NCBI RefSeq assembly: GCF_035084215.1
Contig: NC_090328.1
Coordinates: forward strand, 45,198,001 to 45,262,000
Direction of reading: 5' to 3'
Length of the DNA: 64,000 bases
Origin: Heptranchias perlo
Lineage: Eukaryota
In this document: piece by piece, positions 24,130 to 36,357 of the stretch
Layout: the number at the start of each line of letters is the position of its first letter
Numbering within the stretch: the stretch's first letter is position 1
Program-made: the position numbers and the translations under genes
Notes under the pieces: model-generated
What the model was told of the DNA's origin: nothing
The model's database searches: none
What the model saw: only the letters and a program-made list of their open reading frames with translations

Positions 24130-25525
24130 AGAATCTACAGGTCAGTGAGCCTAACATCAGTGGTAGGAAAATTATTGGAAAAAATTCTGAAGGACAAAAT
24201 TAGTCTCCACTTGGAGAAGCAAGGATTAATCAGGGATAGTCAACATGGCTTTGTCGAGGGAAGATCATGTCTGACTAATTTGATTGAATTTTTTGAGGGG
24301 GTGACTAGGCGTGTGGATGAGGGTAACGCAGTGGATGTGGTATACATGGATTTCAGTAAGGCCTTCGATAAAGTCCCGCACAGGAGACTGGTCAAGAAGG
24401 TACGAGCCCATGGAATCCAGGGTGCCTTGGCACCTTGGATACAAAACTGGCTTAGTGGCAGAAGGCAGAGGGTGATGGTCGAAGGTTGTTTTTGTGACTG
24501 GAAGCCTGTGGCCAGTGGGGTATCACAGGGATCGGTGCTGGGTCCCTTGCTGTTTGTGGTCTACATTAATGACTTGGATATGAATGTAAAAGGTATGATC
24601 AGTAAGTTCGCTGATGATACAAAAATTGGTAGGGTGGTAAATAGCGAGGAGGATAGCCTCAGTCTGCAGGACGATATAGATGGGTTGGTCAGATGGGCAG
24701 AACAGTGGCAAATGGAATTTAACCCGGAAAAGTGAGAGGTGATGCACTTTGGAGGGACTAACAAGGCAAGGGAATACACAATGAATGGGAGGACCCTAGG
24801 CAAGACAGAGGGTCAGAGGGATCTTGGTGTGCAAGTTCACAGATCCCTGAAGGCGGCGGAACAGGTAGATAAGGTGGTAAAGAAGGCATATGGGATACTT
24901 GCCTTTATTAGCCGAGGCATAGAATATAAGAGCAAGGAGGTTATGATGGAGCTGTATAAAACACTGGTTAGGCCGCAGCTGAAGTACTGTGTGCAGTTCT
25001 GGTCGCCACACTACAGGAAGGATGTGATCGCTTTGGAGAGGGTGCAGAGGAGATTCACCAGGATGTTACCAGGGCTGGAGCGCTTCAGCTATGAAGAGAG
25101 ACTGGGAAGATTGGGTTTGTTTTCCTTGGAGCAGAGGAGGCTGAGGGGGGGACATGATTGAGGTGTACAAAATTATGAGGGGCACAGATAGGATGGATAC
25201 TAAGGTGCTTTTTCCCTTCGTTGAGGGTTCTATAACAAGGGGACATAGATTCAAGGTAAAAGGCGGGAGGTTTAGAGGGGATTTGAGAGAGAACTTTTTC
25301 ACCCAGAGGATGGTTGGAGTCTGGAACTCACTGTCTGAAAGGGTTGTGGAGGCAGGAACCCTCAACATTCAAGAAGCATTTGGATGAGCACTTGAAATGC
25401 CATAGCATACAAGGCTACGGACCAAATGCTGGAATATGGGATTAGAGTAGACAGGGCTGATGGCCGGTGCGGACACGATGGGCCGAAGGGCCTCTATCCG
25501 TGCTGTATAACTCTGACTCTATGAA
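24130..25525 (+). mobile_element. CR1 LINE, young 5'-truncated copy (RT core plus 3' tail)
   Basis: SQHGF..GRSCLTNLIEFF, YMDFSKAFDKVPH, QGSVLGP, KFADDTK; few disruptions; tail TGCTGTATAACTCTGACTCTATGA. Confidence 0.93.
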
Positions 25526-26559
25526 TCAACTTGGTTAGAAGGTTGTGAAACAACTGTAGTTCTGTATTTGCAACAGATAGTAATGTAATCTCTAGACAGC
25601 TGTCTGAGCTTGGAAAATGTGAAGGAGAGCCCTCCTCTGCAACATCTATTCATGCAAGTGAAGTCCTGTCTGCTGAGCTAAATGGCTTACTATTCTACTG
25701 GCCTATTCTGAAGGCCAAAGTACTTGTAAGGATAGCCTCAGACTTAAACTGTGAAAAACACCAAACTGTATTATGGATTATATCCTTTCAAGCTTGGAGT
25801 TGCTTCTTGAGTGTTTTGAGCTAGCACACTAGTACTGATGATTGCAGGCCTTCACTGATGTGGACTGTGGTATGTGCAAGTTGAGTAATTAATTAAGTGT
25901 CACACAAGAAGCAAAATGGCCATCATTTTTTTTTCCTATATTGTAATGATACCTGCTAAATATACCCAATGTCAAGACATGTACCTCATCTTGTTGCACC
26001 ATGAGCAACTTCGATTCCACTACAATTCTTTCAGTGAATTCAGCTTACTATTAAAGCTGATTATTTTTTAATAGTACGTTTCTCGGGAATGAAGATTGTG
26101 GTGAGTGTAATAATTTCAAATAAAAAGTAGTAGGGAGAAAAGAACACAGCTTCATAAAGCATTGTTGATATAAGAATAAAATAGCTCTGATTTCTCCTCT
26201 GAACAGTTTAGTATTGGCACAAATATAAGTGTCTCATTGATTATTATTGGTCCAGTTTGCTCAATTCTTATGCCCTGTCTGTGCTTAGACCAAGAGCAAT
26301 GATCTGATATTCGTCTCTCAAATAAATCACCTGATTTGTGAAATGGTTTCAACACTAGAAGCATCAGCCTAAATAGATGGAGGACTGCCATGGAAAGTAA
26401 AAATTCTAGTGACCATGTTAGGGCACTAGAATTCAGTTTTTTTTTACTGCACTTGCTTTCAAACGTTCAAAGTCTAAAAATTACTATTTTAGCATATTTT
26501 AGAGGGGTGGAAAGAAACTACATTGAGCTGGCTGACTCATGTACCACATAACAGACATG

Positions 26560-27676
26560 TAAGCAAAATTAAAGCTCATGGGATTAAAGGGATGGTGGCA
26601 GCATGGTTACAAAATTGGCTACAGGACAGAGAGCAGTGGTGACAGTTGTTTTTCAGAATGGAAGGAAGTATACAGGGGTCGGTATTAGGATCATTGCTTT
26701 TTATGATATATATATTAATGACCTAGACTTATATATACAGGGTATCGTTTCAAAGTTTGCAGATGACATGAAACTCAGAAATGTAGTAAACAATGTGGAG
26801 GATATTAACAGACTTCAAGAGGACATAGACTGGTGAAATGGGCAGAGATGTGGCAGATGAAATTTAATGCAGAGAAGTGTGAAGTGATACATTTTGGTAG
26901 GAAGAATTCTGAGGTGAGGTTATACAAACTAAATGGTACAATTTTAAAGGGGGCACAGGAACAGAGAGACCTGGGTTGTATGTACACAAATCTTCGGTGG
27001 CAGGACAAGTTGAGAAGGCTGTTTTTTTAAACAAAAAGCATATGACATCTTGGGTTTTATTAATAGAGGCATTAAATGCAAAAACAAGGAAGTTATGCTA
27101 AACCTCTAAAACACTGGTTAGGCCTCAGCTGGAGTATTATGTTCAATTCTGGGCACCACACTTTGGGAATGATGTCAAGGCTTTAGAGAGGGTGGAGAAG
27201 AGATTTACTAAAATGGTACCAGGGATGAGGGACTTCAGTTTTGTGGAGAGACTGGAGAAGCTGGGGTTGTTCTCCTTAAAGCAGAGAAGGATAAGAGGAG
27301 ATTTGATAGAGGTGTTCAAAATCATGAAGGGTTTTGATGGAGTAAATTAGGAGAAACTGTTTCCAGTGGCAGAAGAGTCTGTAATCAGTGGACCCAGATT
27401 TAAGGTGATTGGCAAAAGAACCAGAGGTGACATGAAACTTTTTTTTTTAAGAGTTGTAATGATCTGGCGTGTACTGCCTGAAAGGGTGGTGGAAGCAGAT
27501 TCAATAATATATTTCAAAAGGGAATTGGATAAATACTCAAAGGGGGGAAAAAATTTACAGGGCTATGGGGAAAGAGCAGGGGAGTGGGACTAATTGGATA
27601 GCTCTTTCAAAGAGCTGGCACAGGCATGATGGGCCAAATGGCCGCCTTCTGTGCTGTAACATACTATGATACTATG
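26560..27676 (+). mobile_element. CR1 LINE 3' part, degenerate
   Basis: SKFADD, WQMKFNAEKCEVIHFG; CR1 tail GGCCGCCTTCTGTGCTGTAACATACTATGATACTATG. Confidence 0.85.
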
Positions 27677-28169
27677 TTTGTTGATATAAGCAGATACTGG
27701 AAAAGTTTTTTTTCTATTCATTTTTTGAGCAGATTGCAAGATGCAATGTAATGTGGAAGGTGTGCTCATGGAACAGCATTGGTAGTTTTGCAGTGAATTC
27801 TGAGCCTAAGTTATATAACCATATTGGCTGATGTGAAAGTGGTTAGCAGTATACAAGAGAGGTATAATAAAAATAGAAACTTGTATTACTGTGCTTGTTT
27901 AAATTCTGATTTAGCCAGTCTGCGGCTGCTGTGGTTATGGTTATGTCACAAAATTGCCGACCTGATGATAGTGGGATGTGTGAATGCAGAAGGCTAGCTT
28001 TTATCTGCTGTTTAATTAAGATGCTGGGCTAAAGTATGAATTTATGCACGGTACATGAGATGATGGCTGAAACTGGCTTTCATTTAGTGCATGAGTCAGC
28101 TCCCTTTTTAGACTAAACCTGTCTTTTTTTTTTCCTGGTAGCAGAATTATGTAGTTTTTCGAGCCTGAC

Positions 28170-28232
28170 TTTTTAATTCATTCTCAGGATGTGGGCGTCA
28201 CTGGCAAGGCCAGCATTTATTAATGCCAATCT
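28170..28232 (-). mobile_element. 3'-tail-only fragment of the Zenon-like LINE family
   Basis: GGATGTGGGCGTCACTGGCAAGGCCAGCATTTATT matches 13406-13440. Confidence 0.75.
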
Positions 28233-28826
28233 CCCAGAATTTGAACTAAACAAGTACCATTGTAAAAGCAGCATTATAACTGAATATTTTGTAATATGTT
28301 TTAGATGGTTTTGCATCATTGTTGCATGTTGAAGTAATATTGTTCCTTTTGATTTGCAATGTGGCATTCTAACAAATTTGGGCTCTTGTAAACTGGAAGC
28401 TTTTTACTGCTGATGGAGCTGATACCTGGAGAGAGAGTTCATCTGAACAGTCCTTTTTGGAGGAAGGGGGACTTTTTCACTTGCACAGTAATTTGACAGT
28501 GCCAAGCTGAAAGAGAAAACTTGGTTTGCAACAATTAATCTAGAAGCTTTGCCCAGCAGAACTCAGTGATTGTCTTCTAATCTTCTGAAGACTATTTTCC
28601 AAGTTCTGCTGATGAGAAGGGTAAACTGAACCCTTGTGGAGTGTTACACAAACTTTTGTATGTGCTTATCCTATTTTGTAGTATAGGCATTGTACATCAC
28701 TGTTAACTAATTTGCCGACAAATATTCCAATAATTTTAGTCTACAGTAGTCTGGTGCTGTGATATTTCTGCTTTCCACCTGGATTGATTAGTAGCAATTC
28801 TAAGTACATTCTAACACAACGCAACT

Positions 28827-29090
28827 TCATAGAATGGTTACAGCACAGAGTAGGCGTTCGAGCCCGTGCTGTCTTTGTAAGAGCAATCCAGTTGGTCCCA
28901 TTCCTCTGCTCTTTCCCCAAAGCCCTGCAAAATGTTTTCCCTTCAAATATTTATCCAATTCCTTTTTGAAAACCACAATCCAATATTTCCACCACCCTTT
29001 CAGGCAACGCATTCCAGATCATAACTACTTGCTGCATAAAAAAGTTTATCCTCATGTCGCTTTTGGTTCTTTTGCCAATCACCTTAAAAT
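28827..29090 (-). mobile_element. CR1 3'-end fragment
   Basis: TCATAGAATGGTTACAGCACAG... terminus and FKKELDKYLKGK. Confidence 0.8.
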
Positions 29091-29347
29091 TTTACTGCTG
29101 TTGGATTAATTCTGTAGACAGTGTCTGCCTCTGTGAGGCCAAATCTGGTAAGAAGCATACATCCTGTTCGTAGGGACCAGGTTTGCTCATGTTAAGCACT
29201 ATACAAACATTGAAAAAGAAAAGTTCTTTTAAAACAAGGGCTGTAAAAGAGAGGAAAAAATAATAGGCTCAAGTAACATAAGAATTTGTTTACAACTTAT
29301 TTAAGGCAATTTCTAGTTTTGTAATAATTCAGTTTTTTGATTTGCAG

Positions 29348-29590
29348 CCTCCTCTTTGTTCAGAAATGTCTAATGATGCTCTTAAGATCTCAAATGTGAA
29401 TATTCTGGATGATGTTCACATATCCTCAAGTTCTTTCCTGGATGCAACGTTGAATGTTACACAGGCCTTGCAGCCGAACACCCTCTTTTTCCAGGAAATA
29501 AAACCTGAGGTGTCCTCTGTCTTCATTACATCAAATATCCAGAGTGACACATTTAAACACAGACTTCAGATGTGCCTTAGTTCACCTGAG
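29348..29590 (+). CDS. SLF1: SLF1 exon 6 (PPLCSEMSND...SDTFKHRLQMCLSSPE), linker
   Basis: TTTGATTTGCAG|CCT acceptor, GAG|GTAAGG donor; 243 nt open, phase 0 to 0. Weak similarity to the recalled human ...IKNTLRKHIYRAQ unit. Confidence 0.8.
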
Positions 29591-29669
29591 GTAAGGAAGC
29601 AAAGATGTTTCCAAAGATCATGTGCAGTAACATCTCTTAATTGCAATAAAGAAATATTCTTCACTAACA

Positions 29670-32600
29670 TGATGGTTTTTTTGGGTGAAAATAAATTCAC
29701 ATCTAATCTGTGGTAAAGTAAAAGATGCAGTTTATTAAAACAGAGCTCTGGGAGAAGGGTCTCTGACCCCACGGTCTGTGCGAGCACCTTCTCCCCGATC
29801 AACAAAATTCACAAGCTTATATACAGTACAAGACTGGAGCACACCGATAGCCGTTACTATATTACTTATTCCTTAGCCAATCTGGCTCCGTGGCAACATT
29901 CAAAAACAACCTAATTATAACTTTACATAGTAACCGGAGTAGGCCATTTAGCCCCTCGTGCCTGCTCCGCCATTTGATAAGATCATGGCTGATCTGTGAT
30001 CTAACTCCATATACCTGCCTTTGGCCCATATCCCTTAATACCTTTGTTTGCCAAAAAGCTATCTATCTCAGATTTAAATTTAGCAATTGAGCTAGTATCA
30101 ATTGCCGTTTACGGAAGAGTTCCAAACTTCTACAACCCTTTGTGTGTAGAAATGTTTTCTAATCTCGCTCCTGAAAGGTCTGGCTCTATAATTTTTAGAC
30201 TGTGCCCCCCCCCCACCGATTCCTAAAATCCCCAACCAGCAGAAATAGTTTCTCTCTATCCACCCTATCTGTTCCCCTTAATATCTTATAAACTTCGATC
30301 AGATCACCCCTTAACCTTCGAAACTCTAGAGAATACAACCCCAATTTCTGTAATCTCTCCTCGTAACTTAACCGTTGAAGTCCGGGTATCATTCTAGTAA
30401 ACCTACGCTGCACTCCCTCCAAGGCTAATATGTCCTTCCGAAGGTGCGGTGCCCAGAAATGCTCACAGTACTCCAGGTGCGGTCTAACCAGGGTTTTGTA
30501 TAGCTGCAGCATAACTTCTGCCCCCTTGTACTCCAGTCCTCTAGATATAAAGGCCAACATTCCATTTGCCGCCTTGATTATTTTCTGCACCTGTTCATGA
30601 CACTTCAATGATCTATGTACCTGTACCCCTATGTCCCTTTGGACATCCACTGTTTTTAACTTTTTACCATTTAGAAAGTACCCTGTTCTATCCTTTTTTG
30701 ATCCAAAGTGGATGACCTCACATTTGTCTACATTGAATTCCATTTGCCACAGTTTTGCCTATTCACCTAATCTATCAATATCTCTTTGTAATTTTATGTT
30801 TTCATCTACACTGCTTACAATGCCACCAATCTTTGTGTCATCGGCAAACTTAGATATGAGACTTTCTATGCCTTCATCTGAGTCGTTAATAAATATTGTG
30901 AATAATTGAGGCCCCAAGACAGATCCCTGCGAGACTCCACTAGTCACATCCTGCCAATGTGAGTCCCTACTCTCTGTCGCCTTTCGCTCAGCCAACTTCC
31001 TAACCAAGTCCGTACTTTTCGCACGATTCCATGGGCTTCTATCTTAGCTAACAGTCTCTTATGTGGGACCTTATCAAATGCCTTCTGGAAGTCCATATAA
31101 ATAACATCCATTGACATTCCCCTGTCCACTACTTTAGTCACCTCTTCAAAAAATTCAATCAGGTTTGTCAGGCACGACCTACCTTTCACAAATCCATCTG
31201 GCTCTCTCTGATTAACTGAAAATTCTCGGTGTTCAGTCACCCTATCCTTAATTATAGACTCCAGCATTTTCCACACAACAGATGTTAGGCTAACTGGTCT
31301 ATAATTCCCCGGTTTCCCTCTCTCTCCTTTCTTAAAAAGCAGAGTGATATGTGCAATTTTCCAATCTAGAGGGACAGTTCCTGAATCTGGAGAACTTTGA
31401 AAGATTATAGTTAGGGCATCTGCAATGTGTTCACCTACTTCCTTTAAAACACTGGGATGGAAACCATCTGGTCCTGGGGATTTGTCACTCTTTAGTGCTA
31501 TTATTTTCTTCATTACTGTTGCTTTACTTATGTTAATTTTATCAAGTCCCTGTCCCCGATTCAATATAAGTTTTCTTGGGATTTCCGGCATGCTATCCTC
31601 TTTTTCGACTGTAAATACTGACGCAAAGTAATTGTTCAACATGTCCGCCATTTCCCCATTGTCAATGACAATATGCCCACTTTCAGTTTTTAAGGGGCCA
31701 ACACTGATCCTGACCACCCTCTTTTTTCCTAATATAACTATAAAAGTTCTTCGTATTGGTTTTGATATCCCTTGCGGGTTTCTTTTCATATTCTCTTTTT
31801 GTAGCCCTTACTATCTGTTTTGTGACCCTTTGTTGATCTTTGTATCTTTCCCATTCGCCAGGATCTGTGCCATTTTTTGCCTTTTTGTATGCCCTTTCCT
31901 TATGTCTTATACTGTCCCTTACCTCTTCAGTCGTCCATGGCTGTTTTTTTTGGCAAGTAGAGTTCTTGCCCCTTGGGTATAAACCGATTCTGTATCACAT
32001 TAAATGTTTCTTTAAACATTTCCCACTGATCATCTGTCGTTTTACCCATTAACAGATTTTCCCAGTTTACTGTGGACAGTCTCTGTCTCATCCCATTGAA
32101 GTCGGCCTTGCCCAAGTCTAGAATCTTAGCAACTGATTCACTTTTTTCCCTTTCAAACACTACATTGAACTCGATCATGTTATCACTATTGGATAGATGT
32201 TCATGCACAGTTAAGCCGTTAACTAAATCTGGTTCATTACTCATTACTAAATCTAGTATGGCTTGCCCCCTTGTTGCCTCTAGGACATACTGCTGCAGAA
32301 AACTATCCCGGACACACTCAAGAAATTCACTACCTTTCTGAGTTGCTAGTCTGCTTTCCCCAATCTATGTGAAGGTTAAAGTCCCCCATTAAGACCACTA
32401 TGCCTTTCTTCCACGCTTGTCCAATCTCTGCATTTATACAATCTAGCACTTCAGAGCTGCTGCCAGGGGTCCTATACACAACTCCCACTATAGTCTTAGA
32501 TCCTTTCCTATTTCTCAATTCAACCCATAAGGTCTCTGTTGGCTGCTTACCTCTCGTTATATCCCCCTTTATCATTGAAGTGATTTCATCTCTAATCATT

Positions 32601-34020
32601 AAGGCTACTCCTCCCCCTCTTCCATTTTTCCTATCTCTCCTGTAGACCTTATAACCTGGTATGTTTAGTTCCCAATCCTGACCATCCTGTAGCCAAGTCT
32701 CAGTAATAGCTATCATGTCATACCCTCCCATTTGAATTTGAACCTGTAGTTCATTTAATTTATTCCTTATACTCCATGCATTTGTATATAGAACTCTTAG
32801 TTGGGCCACACACCCTAGCCTGACCTTCAGCTTTGGTGGGTTAATCGCCTTACGCCTTCTAGTTTTTACTTTATCTGTCGTGCCTAAAGTACACTTTCTT
32901 TCCGCTGCTCTACGCTTTTCCCTTTCACTTGTTCTTGAACAACTGTTTGTACTATTTGTATTGTAAATTTCCCCTGGGTCTTCCCCTCTCTTTCCTGCTC
33001 TCAACTTTATTCCCTTCTGACTCCTCGCTCGGGTTCCAATCCCCCTGCCACTCTAGTTTAAATCTTCCCCAACAGCACTAACAAACACCCCCGCGAGGAC
33101 GTTAGTCCTGGTCCTGCTAGGGTGTAACCCGTCCCGCTTGTACAGGTCCCACCTTCCCCAGAACCGGTCCCAATGTCCCAGGAATCTAAATCCCTCCCTC
33201 CTACACCATCCCTGCAGCCACGCATTCATCCTGTCTATTCTCCTGTTCCTATACTCACTAGCACGTGGCACTGGTAGTAATCCTGAGATCACTACCTTTG
33301 AAGTCCTGCTTTTTAATTTATCTCCTAACTCCTTAAATTCACCTTGCAGGTCCTCATCCCTTTTTTCACATAAGTCGTTGGTACCGATATGGACCACGAC
33401 TACTGGCTGTTCACCCTCCCCCCTCCAGAATGCCCTGCAGCCGCTCCGTGACATCCTTGACCCTAGCACCAGGGAGGCAACATACCATCCTGGAGTCATG
33501 TTTGCGGCCGCAGAAACGCCTATCTGTTCCCCTTACAATTGAATCCCCTATCACTATAGCCCTGCCACTCTTCTTCCTCTCCTCCTGTGCAGCAGAGCCA
33601 CCCGTGGTGCCCCGAACCTGGCTCTTGCTGCTTTCCCCTGATAAGCCATCTCCCCCAACAGTATCCAAAGCAGAATATCTGTTTGAGAGGGAGATGGCCC
33701 CAGGGGACTCCTGCTCTACCTGCCTAGTCCTTTTACTCTGCCTGGCGGTCACCCATTTCCTTTCACCCATTTCCTTTACATTGTTAGCTAAGCCTCTTCT
33801 TTTAGTTCTGTCTTTTATCTAAGTTTGTCCAGTTATCTGGACAGTAGGGTCCATTTCTGCTGTATCGTGGCTTTGGCCGATCTGAGTCAGTGACTCGTGA
33901 TTGGACATGGCTCAAAGGTTAATCAAATGTACCCTGCATACACCCGTGTGACAGTTGCTACTTCGTAACCCGATTGTGCTGCAAATTTTAACAGTTATTG
34001 CAGCTTCTCATATCTCCACA
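29670..34020 (-). mobile_element. probable ERV-type solo LTR (~0.5 kb; segments ~29670-29928 and 33782-34020) split by a CR1
   Basis: Minus strand starts TGTGGAGA at 34020, then CCAAT-type box, TATATAAG (29823-29816), R-region hairpin and AATAAA (29736-29731). It ends in CA at 29709 or 29670. No clean TSD found. Confidence 0.6.
29929..33773 (-). mobile_element. near-full-length CR1 LINE: ORF1 (SGNH esterase) plus ORF2 (APE-RT), frameshifted
   Basis: ORF1 motifs IVIGDSIVR, HIGTND, DGLHP. ORF2 motifs YTNAWSIRNK, AITETWL, MGDFN, YMDFQKAFDKVPH, FADD. 8-bp TSD CTTTACAT at 29921-29928 and 33774-33781. Confidence 0.95.
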
Positions 34021-34230
34021 TGCTTAATCACTTTTGTAGTTCAGTTTCTGACCATATGTTCCATTTGTGTTTTTTTTTAAAACTAGTCTCAACTGAAACT
34101 AGGTTGTCATGCTGTGTCGCTCGACTGCAACATTCAGCTGGTTCAAATCCCAACCCTTCAGTTTCAAAATTTTGGGTGGTGGGAGGATGGTACTTTTGAT
34201 GCCTTTTTTACGTTCCTTTTTTTACCCTAG

Positions 34231-34302
34231 GCAATACGAAGCAAGTATGTACCATCGGGTACAGGATGCTGTTTATATACTCCAACTACTAGGCACCATC
34301 AG
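34231..34302 (+). CDS. SLF1: SLF1 exon 7 (AIRSKYVPSGTGCCLYTPTTRHHQ)
   Basis: Strong tract TTCCTTTTTTTACCCTAG|GCA, donor CAG|GTATGC; 72 nt, phase 0. Start resembles recalled human AVRYN. Confidence 0.78.
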
Positions 34303-35339
34303 GTATGCTGATTTAAATTTGTGCTGTGAATGTTATAAACCTCTGTATGGTGTTCTATATGTTGCAATATCTTACTTTTTAAAAAAAAAATTCATATTGG
34401 AGAATAACCAGAAAAAACAAGGACCAATGATTAATTGTACCCGTTTATGGTGTTTTCTTTTTAATGTTCACTTTTCTTGTGTTCACAGCAAAGTGCAGTT
34501 CATTTAAGACATTTTTATCACTTTCTACGCACTAAAGAAATCTTTGCAGAAGCCATCTCACAATTTTCCACAATATATTAGCCGTTCTCAAATTTCATAT
34601 GAAAAAGTATATAATCTATAATAAAAAGATTTAACAGATTGAAACTAGATGGGGATTGCTTCCAACATAGTTTATGTTAGATTATGAACGTTACAGCAAT
34701 AGTACAATGTTGTGACAGAATTGAGTATTAAAGAGAAGCTAACAAGACAAACAGCTAAGTATCTCGGTCACTCCACTGTGAATTTCCCCTGGTAGAGAGG
34801 CAAAGCACCTAAAGTTTCCCTGGCCTTGGGAAAAGCTGTGAAAAAAGATTCCATTCTTAAACGTCAAGGCCTATTGCCAAATAGGCTACCAGGAGTGGGC
34901 CTTTAATCTCTTATCTATTCAGAATACGACAACTCTGAAGGATGAATATTAGCATAGAAACGGTGTGCTCCTGATTAATGTTGCCCATTATATGTAACAG
35001 TTGGCTATCAGAATGTCTCATCCATTCTGATGTTTCTATAAGATGTAGGGCAAAATGGGATTCAGCAGTTCTCTGTGCTCTTAATACTCCAAGTAGTAAG
35101 TTAGGAGAGAGTTAATCTCGTAGCGCTTGTGCAGAGTAGAAAGATCTCATTAGGTGCACCTTGGGATCCAATTGCTGGATTCACTCATCCATCTATCTTT
35201 CTGGATGCAAGGGCTTCCCTGTTCAAGGCAATAATACTGCTACATAGCTTTGGCACTTCCTCATACATTCCATTATCTTCTAGAAACTAGAATTAAATAC
35301 TGCCAATCTTAAAATGTTAGATTTTATAAGTAGGGGCAT

Positions 35340-36357
35340 ATAGTAAGAGTAAAAAATGATTTTATATAAAACATTCTTTGGTTAGAGTACTGTGTACAGT
35401 TTTGGATTCCCCCATTAAATAAAGGACATTCAGGATACGTTCACCAAGCTGATAAGGATGGGAAATAATAATTGAGGAGAAACTTGAAATCTGGGACTAT
35501 TTCCACTGCAGCAGGGAAGGCCAAGAGGAAATTTAATAGGGGTTTTTAATATTATGAAGAGCTTTGATAAAGTGAATATATAAGATTACATTTTCTACAG
35601 GAGTCAGTGATAATTTTAAATTTATCATTTAAATTTACAACTCATCACAGTAGGGAGAGAGGTTAGGAAAAACTCCTTTACACAGAGGGTTGTAGAATAC
35701 GGAATGATTTGTCACAGGGACTGGTTGAGGCAGAGACTGTCATACTTTTAAGGAGAAATTGGATAAATGCTTGAAGCAAAGAAAGATACAAGGCTATGGG
35801 GAGAGAGCAGCGAGTGGAATTAATTTTGGAGTGCTCTTGCTAGGACCCAGCGCAGACGAAGTGGGCATAAGAACATAAGAAATAGGAGCAGGAGTAGGCC
35901 ACACGGCCCCTCGAGCCTGCTCCGCCATTCAATCAGATAATGGCTGATCTTCGACCTCAACTCCACTTTCCTGCCCTTGATTCCCCTAGAGTCCAGAAAT
36001 CTGTCTATCTCAGCCTTGAATATATTCAATGACTCTGGGGTAAAGAATTCCAAAGATTCACAACCCTCTGAGTGAAGAAATTCCTCCTCATCTCAGTCTT
36101 GAATGGCTGACCCCTTATCCTGCTACTCTGCCCCCTAGTTCTAGACTCTCCAGCCATGGGAAACGACCTCTCAGCATCTACCCTGTCAAGCCCCCTCATA
36201 ATCTTGTGTTTCAATGAGATCACCTCTCATTCTTCTAAACTCGAGAAAGTATAGGCCCATTCTACTCAACCTCTCTTCGTAGGACAACCCTCTCATCCCA
36301 GGAATTAATCTAGCAGAACAGATTAATTCCATGCTGTAAACCTCTATGGTTCTATCT
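35340..36357 (+). mobile_element. old CR1 3' fragment, split by a younger CR1
   Basis: Degenerate CR1 C-terminus 35340-35865; tail resumes ATGCTGTAAACCTCTATGGTTCTAT at ~36330. Confidence 0.7.
35866..36312 (-). mobile_element. young CR1 3' fragment
   Basis: Tail CATAAGAACATAAGAAATAGGAGCAGGAGTAGGCC; RRNFFTQRVVNLWNSLP. Confidence 0.9.

Noticed and set aside
33053-33770. Cellular or horizontally acquired GDSL/SGNH lipase gene
   Set aside because: It lies directly upstream of CR1 ORF2 within the same TSD, so it is the known CR1 ORF1 esterase.
34090-34170. Small Pol III RNA (GGTTCAAATCC B box with a weak flanking stem)
   Set aside because: No recognisable A box or family similarity; probably chance or a decayed SINE head.
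34109-34507. 132-aa ORF as an independent gene
   Set aside because: It overlaps SLF1 exon 7 in another frame and runs through intronic T/A tracts with no domain signal.
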